Source: Callorhinchus milii (Eukaryota). Taken from it: a stretch of 64,000 bases of DNA. A program made the translations under genes and the position numbers. Under the pieces are notes generated by a model that saw nothing but the letters and a program-made list of their open reading frames with translations, ran no database searches and was not told where the DNA came from. This document shows, piece by piece, positions 1 through 16,600 of this stretch; within the stretch, counting starts at the first letter, position 1; each line of letters starts with the position of its first letter. The stretch covers positions 496,001 through 560,000 of the forward strand of contig NW_024704751.1 of assembly GCF_018977255.1 (NCBI RefSeq), given 5' to 3'.

Positions 1-270
1 TATGTAAATCCAGACAGAGAAACTATGTCAAACAGATCAATCCAGTCTGGTGAGCTCACATGAAATCAGCAAAGTCCTGCGAGTTCTACTGCAAGAGCTC
101 GGACAATTGTCAAGATTTACAATTTCCAGCACCTGCAGTATTTTTCGTTAGGATTTACAATTTTCTGCATTCTCTTCTATAACATTGCAGGAATTCCAGG
201 AGAGAGCAGTGACAGGCTGGAAACCCATTCTGAATGATTACAAACATCAGATGATAATGTTACTGCGAGT

Positions 271-1311
271 TCAGTTTGCAGAGGCTTTGGGTTTGGAATC
301 GCTCTGTGCTACGTCGGGATCTAAATAATTCAGCTCAGCTGCCACCTCGGGACGGCAGTCTCCTGGCAGATCCAGCAGCTTGCTCCCACTGCAACGTATT
401 CCCGTAACGGGGTCGATGATGTTCCCGACTTTAAACACAATCTCTGCCAGCTCGTGTTTGACGTGCTTAGAGCGTCGCTCGGGCAAAGCCCTCAGAAGGA
501 CAATGTCGCCCACAGTGCACTGCTGCTGTGCGTCGTGAGCAAAATAGGTCTTCCTCTTGTTGAAATACTGCAGGAGAGATGAGCAAGGCAAATTATAGTC
601 AAAACTTGCAATACGTATATTAAAAAAATCCCTTTTCCAAAAACAATTGAAACTAAGGTCTCCCACCACCAATCCTGGTCAGGAACAGATTAATCTTCTG
701 AATGGTATTGAGGAGGTAAACCAAGCCAAGAGGGCGCAGGTTCAGATGTTTACTGAGTGGCAATCAACAGCTGGGAGAAATTTGGAGAGAGAAAGTATTC
801 TTCTTCACTGGATATTAATGTTTTCTAATAGTTTAAAATTACCTACACTTTTTGTACCGTAGAACAAGGTATCAAGTCAGGAAAGATTCACCGAGCCACA
901 CAATGTTTGTCAGAGCATTAACCAAAGAAGATGACAACGACGTTTATGGGAAAAATAATTCAGAAAATCAAATACAACATTTTATAGTGTACACAACGTA
1001 TACACCATCACAAGGTATTATTGGCTGAAATGTCATAAAGTTAGCTGATAAGATACTAAAATACTGTAATTATTTTCTGAACTCAATGTTGCATTCAAGT
1101 GAACCACCAGAATTTTAAACCCAGGATTGCATGGGCACAAGGCTTCTCTGCATTAGTAATAAACAAATGCATTGAACTAAATTATTACCTTTAACAGGTA
1201 GTTATCCAGGACAAGTCTAGTCACTTGCACTTTGGCAGTCTTCTGCATTTTTGTTCCAATCACTTTTCCTATGATCCATTTGGCGTGGACAGTGGCTGTT
1301 CGTGCTGACAT
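271..1311 (-). CDS. MRPS17: Mitochondrial ribosomal protein S17 (uS17m), 2 coding exons, about 139 aa
   Basis: Exons 1311-1189 ([41 protein letters not shown]) and 567-271 ([48 protein letters not shown]...) with a GT-AG intron. S17 motifs and synteny with NIPSNAP2/PSPH/CCT6A. Confidence 0.95.
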
Positions 1312-1415
1312 TCTGATGTGACCTGGATCACAGAACACAACATTCCTGGATCACACAACAGTTCAGACTCAAAAAAAGAACTTACTTTCCTGTACTGTAA
1401 TGCCAAAAAAACAAC

Positions 1416-2260
1416 TTAGGTAAAAGATAAGAAGAGGGCCAAGGATGGAGCCCTGGGGTAGGTGACTGGGCAGGGGTGGGAGGAGAAATCATTTGCTGAG
1501 ATGAAATGGAGGCAGTTGGTTAAGTAGGACTCGAACCATGCGAGTGCGGTCCCACTAAGGTGGATGAGGAAGGAGAGGCGGTGGAGGAGGATGGGGTGAT
1601 TGACTGTGTGGCACTTGGCAGAGAGATTCAGGAGGACAAGGAGGCAGAGGGCGCCCTGGTAACAGATAGAGAGACTATCGTTTGTGACTTTGATAAGCAA
1701 TGCCTCTGTGCCATGGGCAGGGCGAAAACCAGACAGCAGGAGGAGGGAGGTGTGTGACCAAAGTTGACCTGCAACAATGTGTTCCAGAACTTTGGCAAGG
1801 AAGAGCAGGTTGGAGATGTAGTATGAGAGATTAGAGGGACTGAGGAAGGGTGTGATAACAGCGGTTTTCTGGGTGAGACTGAGGAGAGAGCCTGGTTGAC
1901 TGGGTTGGCCAGCAAGGAGAGAGAAGCGGGAGTTGAGTGACCAGCAGTTTGGTGGGGAGGTGGTTGAGTTGCAGGTGGTGAACTTCATCCCGGTAATTGT
2001 GGTTGAGAGGGAGGGAGAAATGGGGGCAAAGGATTTTAAGGAGAGAGGAGTGGTAGGAGCTGGGGCGGAGGGAGAAAGTGGTGTGGATGGTCTGGGTGGG
2101 ATGGAAGGGGATATGGGAGGCGATGTGAGGATAGAGGGGGCTTGAGAGTTCATGGAGGAGGTGATGGATAGTGCAAAACAGTGTCTTTGGATTGTTGTTT
2201 GCCTCCAGATGCCACTCTGTGTACAATTTGTACAAGCTGTGTGATGGTGTGAACATGCTG
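1416..2260 (-). mobile_element. Degenerate L2-clade LINE fragment (N-terminal half of RT)
   Basis: Translation contains ISNLLFLAKVLEHIVAGQL, SGFRPAHGTEALLIKVTND and LVLLNLSAKCHTVNHPILLHRL, typical of L2 ORF2. Confidence 0.85.
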
Positions 2261-2264
2261 GGCT

Positions 2265-3065
2265 CCTGTTAACCCATAACCCCCAGTCCACGGGGGACGT
2301 GAAGCAGGCTGCTGAGTGAAGGGAGCAGACAGGATGGGTTAGGAGGTCGCAGAGGTGGGGAGTGCAAGGCCATGGTGGACTTTGAAGCTGAGGACCAGGA
2401 TCTTGAACTGTATCCTCTGTGTGATGGGAAGCCAATAGAGTCGGGCGAGGATGGGGGTGATAGGGTCACGGAGCCTGGTGCGGGAGAGGACATTGGCTGC
2501 AGAGTTTTGGATGATCTGCAGCCTATGGAGGGAGGAGTTGGGAAGACCGACAAGCAGGGAGTTTGCGTTGTGAAGCCTCGATGTAATGAAAGTGTCTATG
2601 AGGGTCTTGGCAGCCGGCGGTGTGAGCCAGTGGCGGAATCGGGCGATGTTGTGGCGATGGGGACAGGCAGAACAGGTCATGGCACGGACGTAGAGTAGAA
2701 AGGATAATTGAGGGTCAAGCAAGACGTCGAGGTTCCGGACTGGCTCAGCAAGGTTGAGTTTGCACCCAAGGATAGTGATGCTGTCAGTGCCTGCGGTGAG
2801 GAGGTGCTGACAGGAACCAATCAGAAAAGCCTCAGTCTTGTTGATGTTCAACTGAAGAAAATTATCTCTCATCCAGGACTTGATGTCCGACAGACATTCT
2901 GTCAGCACAGCAGTGGTCCTGGAGTCAAAGGTGGAGGCAGAGAGGTAGAGTGTGTGGATGATGTCACCAAGAGGGAGCATGTAGATATTGAAGAGGAGGG
3001 ACCAAGGACAGAGCCCTGAGGAACACCGCACGAGACGGTGCGCGCCAAGAGGAGAAACCGTTTGT
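2265..3065 (-). mobile_element. Degenerate L2-clade LINE fragment (C-terminal RT and downstream)
   Basis: GVPQGSVLGP, LFNIYMLPLG, CLSDIKSWMRDNFLQLNINKTE and ITPILARLYWLPITQRIQFKIL across frameshifts. Confidence 0.88.
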
Positions 3066-3074
3066 AGAGATGAA

Positions 3075-4487
3075 GTGGATGGGGTGTGTAAATGGTGCGT
3101 GATTGGGTGTGTACATGGTTTGTGATGGGGTGTGTACGCGGTGTCTGATGGGGTGTGTACGCGGTGTGTGATGGGGGGTGTACATGGTGTGTGATGGGGT
3201 GTTTACACGGTGTGATGGTGTGTGGACACGGTGTGTGATGGGGGTGCGTACATGGGGTGGTACACGGTGTGTGATGGGGTGTGTACGCGGGGTGTGATGT
3301 GTGTACACGGGGTGTGATGGCGTGTGTACACGGTGTGATGGGGTGTGTACACGGGTGTGTAAACGGTGTCATGGGGTGTGTACATGGTGTGTGATGGGGT
3401 GTGTACACGGGGTATGATGGGGTGTGTACACGGGTATGATGGGGTGTGTATACGGTGTGCGATGGGGGTGTACGTGGTATGTGATGGGGTGTGTACACGG
3501 TGTGATGGGGTGTTTACACGGTGTCACAGTGTGTGATGGGGGGGGTGTACATGGGGTGGTACACGGTGTGTGATAGGGTGTGTACGCGGGGTGTGATGGG
3601 GTGTGTACACAGGGTGCGCTGGGGTGTGTACGCGGTGGAATGGGGTGTGTACGCGGTGGGATGGGGTGTGTACGCGGTGGAATGGGGTGTGTACGCGGTG
3701 GGATGGGGTGTGTACGCGGTGGGATGGGGTGTGTACGCGGTGTGATGGGGTGTGTACGCGGTGGGATGGGGTGTGTACGCGGTGGGATGGGGTGTGTACG
3801 CGGTGGGATGGGTGTGTACGCGGTGGGATGGGTGTGTACGCGGTGGATAGGGTGTGTACGTGGTGGATGGGGTGTGTACGCGGTGGGATGGGGTGTGTAC
3901 GCGGTGGGATGGGGTGTGTACGCGGTGGGATGGGGTGTGTACGCGGTGGGATGGGGTGTGTACGCGGTGGGATGAGGTGTGTACGCGGTGTGTAATGGGG
4001 TGTGTACGCGGTGGGATGAGGTGTGTACGCGGTGTGTAATGGGGTGTGTACGCGGTGGGATGGGGTGTGTACGCGGTGGGATTGGGTGTGTACGCGGTGG
4101 GATGGGGTGTGTACGCGGTGGGATGGGGTGTGTACGCGGTGTGGGATGGGGTGTGTACGCGGTGGGATGGGGTGTGTACGCGGTGGGATGGGGTGTGTAC
4201 GCGGTGGGATGGGGTGTGTACGCGGTGGGATGGGGTGTGTACGCGGTGGGATGGGGTGTGTACGCGGGTGTGGGATGGGGTGTGTACGCGGTGGGATGGG
4301 GTGTGTACGCGGTGGGATGGGGTGTGTACGCGGTGGGATGGGGTGTGTACGCGGTGGGATGGGGTGTGTACGCGGTGGGATGGGGTGTGTACGCGGTGGG
4401 ATGGGGTGTGTACGCGGTGGGATGGGGTGTGTACGCGGTGGGATGGGGTGTGTACGCGGTGGGATGGGGTGTGTACGCGGTGGGATG
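3075..4487. repeat. G/T-rich minisatellite, about 21-bp unit (gggatggggtgtgtacgcggt)
   Basis: Near-perfect units at about 3620-4487 and degenerate units at 3075-3620. Confidence 0.95.
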
Positions 4488-4687
4488 ACCTGTTGCACTC
4501 TCACCTCGGGCTCTACGCGCTGTTACCAAAGGTCACGATTGCAACAAACACATCAGGTTGTGTAGTGGACGGAGGCCCTGAGCCTCACCAGAGCCTTCCC
4601 TTCACCAACCGCCGGAACGCTCCAAACTCCTGTCACAGCGTCACCTGCCGGTCTGACCCGGATCTACAGGATCAGGTTCAGGAGGGG

Positions 4688-4862
4688 TTGATTGGCTGAC
4701 AGGCAGGGCTGTGATTGGCTGACAGGCAGGGCTGTGATTGGCTGGCAGGCAGGGCTGTGATTGGCTGTCAGGCAGGGCTGTGATTGGCTGGCAGGCAGGG
4801 CTGTGATTGGCTGGCAGAGCAGGGCTGTGATTGGCTGTCAGGCAGGGCTGTGATTGGCTGGC
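4688..4862. promoter_or_regulatory. Tandem array of 23-bp units, each with an NF-Y-type CCAAT box, in the MRPS17/NF2-like divergent promoter
   Basis: Unit aggcagggctgtgattggctgNc, with 8 TGATTGGCT (reverse complement AGCCAATCA). Flanked by GC boxes (gggcgggg) and CpG-rich sequence. Confidence 0.7.
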
Positions 4863-5946
4863 TGGGTCGGGCTGGGCGGGGTTCCCCCTCGAGTCGCGCC
4901 CTGATTCTACGTAGGGCCCAGGATTGGGCGGGACCTGTGTTGGCGGCCGCGCTCTTCACACTACTCGAGGCCGCGGCTCGGGCCTGGGCCTAACGCTGGG
5001 CTGGCCATTGGGGAGAGGCCTCGGGGTGTGTCAGACAGACAGACAGACAGCTGTGGGCCGGCAGGTGAGTAGCAGACAAGGCCTGACCCAACCCTCGGGA
5101 TCCAGAGCCTAAAACAAAGAGACCCCGGGGCAGGAAACAGAGGAGCAGGAGGAGGCCATTCAGCCCCTCAAGCCCGTCCCGTCATTCTGTAAAATCATGA
5201 CTGATCAGGACCTCAACTCCCAACTAACTGCCTTTGCTCCCAAACCCCCGACACCCTGAGCCGACAGACGTCCATCCGCCCACCGCGGTCTGGACATTGT
5301 TAATTGATCCACACTCAGCCCTGTGGCTGCTCCCGGCATCGCCGTCACTCCATCCCACACCAGGGGGTAAAATAAATCCGGGGACGAACGTACGTTTATG
5401 AGAAAAAAATTGAACTCATCCAATAATTGCTGCTGATGTTGGCAGTTACTGGAAAAGCGAGTTGGGGGATTAATGGCTGTGCTTCTCCGATGAGTGTCTC
5501 TGTTTCAAAATGTTATTGTACTTGCCGGTTATTTGCTGAACTCGAGACAGGGCAAAACTCGCCCCCGGGACACGATACTCATCCGGTATCAGGGACGTGT
5601 GGTCACCCTATTCCAAAGCCCCTTTGCTTCGCCCCCTCCCTCCCCCCCCCACCATACATAAAGCCTGTCCTTTCAATTGCACTTTCTGTCACCTTCGTTT
5701 GGTGTGGAGAGGTGTGGAGGAAAGGTAGGGAAATGGGATTGATAGATCTGTCATGATTTAATAAACTGAGGGAAGCAGCTTGACAGACCGAATGGCCTCT
5801 TCCTTTCCTTTCCTATATTCCCAATTTATCTTTGCTCCAGACAGTGATTGTTATAAAGAGTGTAGGATTTGTGAACGCTGTGCTAACACTAGCCTTTGGT
5901 TCCAGGTTTAACTGTAAAGGAAGAATTTCGACAGTTTACAAACAAA

Positions 5947-11845
<5,899 letters not shown>

Positions 11846-12039
11846 GTGAGATCCCGAGTGAAGATTGCGATCTGTGATGTTTTGCTGTCAGTGTATAAGT
11901 CAGCCAAGGGGAGCAGTGGTGTTTGCCTGCGGAACTGCACTACCTGGCACTGACCTCCAACCAGATACTGCAATAGGGCGAGTGATGTAAATATCAGCTA
12001 CAGTAATAGATATGGTGTCAGCGTGGGTATGGGTGTGGC

Positions 12040-13320
12040 GGAGGGGGACGGGGGAGGGGGTGATTGCTGGGGGGGGGGGAGGGGATTGTGGGGGGAGGGG
12101 AGGGGTGATTGCTGGGGGAGGGGAGGGGAGGGGGTGATTGCTGGGGGAGGGAGGGGGGGGGGGGGTGATTGCTGGGGGGAGGGGAGGGAGGGTGATTGCT
12201 GGGGGGAGGGGGGGAGGGGAGGGGGAGGGGGGGGGGGGGGAGGGGGGTGATTGCTGGGGGGGGGGAGGAGGGGAGGGGGTGATTGCTGGGGGGAGGGGGG
12301 GGGTGATTGCTGGGGGGGGGGGGAGGGGAGGGGGGGTGATTGCTGGGGGGGGGGGGGGTGATTGCTGGGGGGAGGGGGAGGGAGGGGGTGATTGCTGGGG
12401 GGGGGGGGGAGGGGGGGGGGGGGGGGGGGATGCTGGGGGGGAGGGGAGGGGGTGATTGCTGGGGGAGGGAGGGGGGTGATTGCTGGGGGGAGGGGGAGGG
12501 GGGTGATTGCTGGGGGGGGGGGGGTGATTGCTGGGGAGGGGGAGGGGGGGAGGGGTGATTGCTGGGGGGGAGGGGGAGGGGAGGGGTGATTGCTGGGGGG
12601 GAGGGGAGGGGGTGATTGCTGGGGGGGGGGGGGGGGGGGTGATTGCTGGGGGGGAGGGGAGGGGGTGATTGCTGGGGGGGGAGGGGAGGGGGTGATTGCT
12701 GGGGGGGGGGGGAGGGGGGGGAGGGGGGGGGGGGGAGGGGTGATTGCTGGGGGGGGGAGGGGGAGGGGGGTGATTGCTGGGGGGAGGGGAGGGGGTGATT
12801 GCTGGGGGGAGGGGGAGGGGGAGGGGAGGGGGTGATTGCTGGGGGGGAGGGGGAGGGGAGGGGGTGATTGCTGGGGGGAGGGGAGGGTGATCTGCTGGGG
12901 GGAGGGGGAGGGGGGGGGGTGGTGGAGCGGGAGGGGAGGGGGTGATTGCTGGGGGGAGGGGGGGAGGGGGAGGGGGTGATTGCTGGGGGGGGGAGGGGAG
13001 GGGGGGGGGAGGGGGTGATTGAGGGGAGGGGGTGATTGCTGGGGGGAGGGAGGGAGGGGGTGATTGCTGGGGGGAGGGGGGTGATTGCTGGGGGGGAGGG
13101 GGGAGGGGAGGGGTGATTGCTGGGGGGAGGGGAGGGGGTGATTGCTGGGGGAGGGGAGGGGTGATTGCTGGGGGGAGGGGAGGGGAGGGAGGGGTGATTG
13201 CTGGGGGAGGGGAGGGGGGGGAGGGGGTGATTGCTGGGGGAGGGGAGGGGGGGGAGGGGGTGATTGCTGGGGGAGGGGAGGGGGAGGGGGGGGAGGGGGT
13301 GATTGCTGGGGGCGGTGATT
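12040..13320. repeat. G-rich tandem repeat with core gggtgattgctggggg and variable G/A spacers
   Basis: Dozens of gtgattgct cores separated by G-runs, with extreme strand asymmetry. Confidence 0.95.
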
Positions 13321-13630
13321 GACAGGTGGTGGCGCCGCTCCCCCGCGCACGCGCACAGCCTGTGTTTGGGTTGAATGTCACCTCGGATGTAAGATGGCGG
13401 CGCGAGTTGTTCAGCGCGCGGTGAGCGGCCTGAGGAGAGCCCGCGCCCCGGGCCCGGGCCCCGCCAACAGGTACGTGCGGTCCCCGCCTCATCCCCTCAG
13501 GTCGGCGGCGGGGCCCTGTTTGGGTGTCGGGGTGGGGGAGGTCACTATGTGCCGAGGGCCCTGGGACCCCCTCCCCACCCCCCGGGCCGCCTGTCAGGGC
13601 CTCGGGGTCTCCGGGGGGCGCCGCGCGGGG
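13321..13630 (+). promoter_or_regulatory. NIPSNAP2 CpG-island promoter with a YY1-type motif over the start codon
   Basis: CpG-rich. AAGATGGCGGC at 13391-13401 contains the ATG at 13394. Confidence 0.6.
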
Positions 13631-16600
13631 CAACTCCTTCAAGGTCACAATGTGGAGCAAAGTGGATTCTGATCATTTTCTTGTTATTATCATCAGCGTC
13701 ACGTCACTGTGGTTATGGCTGTCAGTAATGTGACATCTGGTCTGACACCTCACAGGATTCACTGTGAAGTGTAGTGACTGTGTTTTGTGAGTGAAGGCTG
13801 CAGCCAATTTTGACACCACTGCAAATATGTGTGACATGAATAAGTGGCTTTATCCAAGAGATCTGCCCCCAGGCCCCCTTCTCGTTTCCCGCCAGCACCC
13901 CGGGATCTTTAATGCCCGCACAAACAGGCACAGACAGGACCTCGGTTTGATGTCTCATCTGAAGGGCAACGTCTCTGACAGTGAAGCGCTCCCCCTCCCC
14001 AGTACTGAAATGTCAGCCTAGACTATGTGAGTTCCAAGTCCCGTCACGATGGTGGGTGAGGGTCCTGCCAACCGAGTGAAGCTGACACCTATATTTCACA
14101 GTGTAAGCCTGGCATCCTGACCACCGTCGCCTGGTCATTGGGTTTAAGATTTCACCTTGGCTCAAAGAACAGGCCAAATGAATACCTGTCTCACACCTGT
14201 ACCCACACAAGGGCAGCAGAAACAATGCAAGATGGGTGTAATAATAAAGAGAAGAGGATTTATCTTCTTAAAAATTGCAGTGAAACCCGGCCGAAGGCAC
14301 GGTCAAACGGGAAGGTCTTGAGCTGAGCCGTGAAGGAGGCAAGGGGTGGGGGGCGAAGTGGAGGGATCCAGGATGGCGTTCCAGAGGATTACCGTACTGA
14401 ATCACATGATTTCCCAGTTGAACAAGCAAGAGAATTTTTTTAATAAGAAAGATCAACACACCTTCCCATAATCACTGGATCCTGGGACAGCTGGTCAAAA
14501 TCCAATAAGGGATTTATTACCAGAAACTGTGACCATGTGTTGCAGAGAGGACTAATTTGGTTGTTCCTTTTCCGCAGCAGCTGTTTGGCCTTTTTACACC
14601 ACCTTTTAGTCCAGACCTTTCCACTAACTATCTTTATTCATTTGATCCAGCTCATGTTTCACCGTCAGCAACTATTTTTAGTACAGTGAACTTTCAGTGA
14701 TAATTAGAACAGTAAGGCACTGGTTTTTGGAAGACTAATTCCTGAACGGAATAATGCAACCCTACATGCAAATTCTATAGATTACAAGAGGTTAAAGATG
14801 CTCCACGCACTGAGTAATCGTCAAGCTTGGCCAAGTCAGTATTTGTAGTGAAAACTCAATCATCATCTGGGGAACATTTGGATGTTGATCTTCATTGGGA
14901 CAAGTTGTACACCTGATGTAGTTGACAATTTCATTTTTATTAACATTACAATATTTTAGAGGTGGTTAAAGGGGTATTGGGAATATTAGCACAGCTGTAG
15001 GATGTTTACTATTATGTAATGTCCTCATTTCTTAATTGCTGCCTCACTGATATCTTCCTGGTTATCATATACAACTTCTGTTGGTAAGTTGTGTAATTTT
15101 CTCTCCTTCCCACATACCCCATGTATCACCCCAGTTGATGGTAAGCAAGTGTCTGGCTCCTTGGCATTGACACAGATAAGCTGCTAGAATCAGTGCCGGA
15201 GTGGCCAACCGTGTTTGGACTTTCATTGTTGCCTCCTGCCTCCAGGAAAACAACTGAGTTCACCTGTTCAACAAGATCAAGAACATGCTATGTTGGGAAT
15301 TATGACATGAGTCCACTTACTGCCTTTCCTCAATTATATTTTCAATGTGAAAATGTTCAGAATGTCCAACGCTTGTTAAAAAAAATCTCACAGAAAGTCC
15401 TGAACACATTTCCGTTTGTTCATTATAACTTATGTGTGTTTCTGTTTCAGGGCATTATCTGCTACTTCGTACAACCAGAGGGAAGATAGCTGGTTCAAGT
15501 CACTGTTTGTCAGGAAAGTGGACCCACGAAAAGATGCTCACTCCACTTTGCTAGCTAAAAAGGAAACCAGCAATCTATACAAAATTCAGTGTAAGTTTAA
15601 TCTCCCATCATATTAAGAATAGAATACCCTAATGATACCATAGGTTGTGAAAAAGCAATTGACAAAATATAATTGATTTGAAATGAAAGTAAATGTTTCT
15701 AGAGGCAAATGCAACCGCTTAATAAGTATTTTTGTAAAAATGTACTCTTAAGTATAATTTGCAAATGTTTTAATTGTTTTCCAGTTCATAGTGTAAAGCC
15801 AGATTGTCTGGAAGCTTACAACCAACTCTGGTAAGCTTTTTATTAAAAATACTGACCATCTTCGTAATCCCTTCATGTCTGAAAACACTAATCTGTGGTT
15901 TTACTTGCAGTGCGTTAAGAAGACATAAAATACATCTATGATGTCCTTGCACTGATTGTGTTGTACAAAACAGCTCAGATAGCTTCTGTAGTGCTTATAA
16001 ATTAATTATTACAATGTATTATATATCAAATATTTCTCGGCAGCTTTACAAGGTGTTATCGGGTAGAAAGCAGAGAGTAGTGATAAACGGATCATTCTCG
16101 AATTGGCAGGATGTAACTAGTGGAGTGCCACAAGGATCAGTGCCTCGGCCTCAGCTATTTACCATTTACATCAATGATCTGGACGAGGACATTGAATGTA
16201 ATGTGTCTAAGTTCGCGGATGATACTAAACTCGGCAGCAGAGTGAGCTCTGAGGATGATGCAAAAAGATTGCAACGGGATATAGATAGGCTCGGGGAGTG
16301 GGCAAGTAGGTGGCAGATGGAATTCAATGTTAGCAAGTGTGAAATTATTCACCTCGGTAGCAAGAATAAAAGAACAGATTATTTTCTGGAAGGGGAGAAG
16401 TTAGATAGTGTTAGTATTCAAAGGGATTTGGGTGTCCTTGTACACCAGTCCCAAAAAGTTAGTTTGCAGGTGCAGCAGCAACTAAGAAGGCGAACGGCAG
16501 TTAGCGTTCATTGCAAAAGGTTTAGAATATAAGAGTAGGGAAGTCTCGCTGCAACTGTATAGGGCTTTGGTGAGACCGCACCGAGAGTATTGTGTGCAGT

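Noticed and set aside
2902-4699. Long repetitive ORFs (HPTAYTP and GVYAVGW repeats)
   Set aside because: Products of the 21-bp minisatellite, with no coding evidence.
3075-4862. CRISPR-like appearance of the tandem repeats
   Set aside because: No unique spacers, no cas genes, and the context is a vertebrate genome.
11900-13660. 586-aa and 452-aa proline-rich ORFs and their glycine-rich antisense ORFs
   Set aside because: They are translations of the G-rich tandem repeat, open in several frames only because the repeat lacks stop codons.
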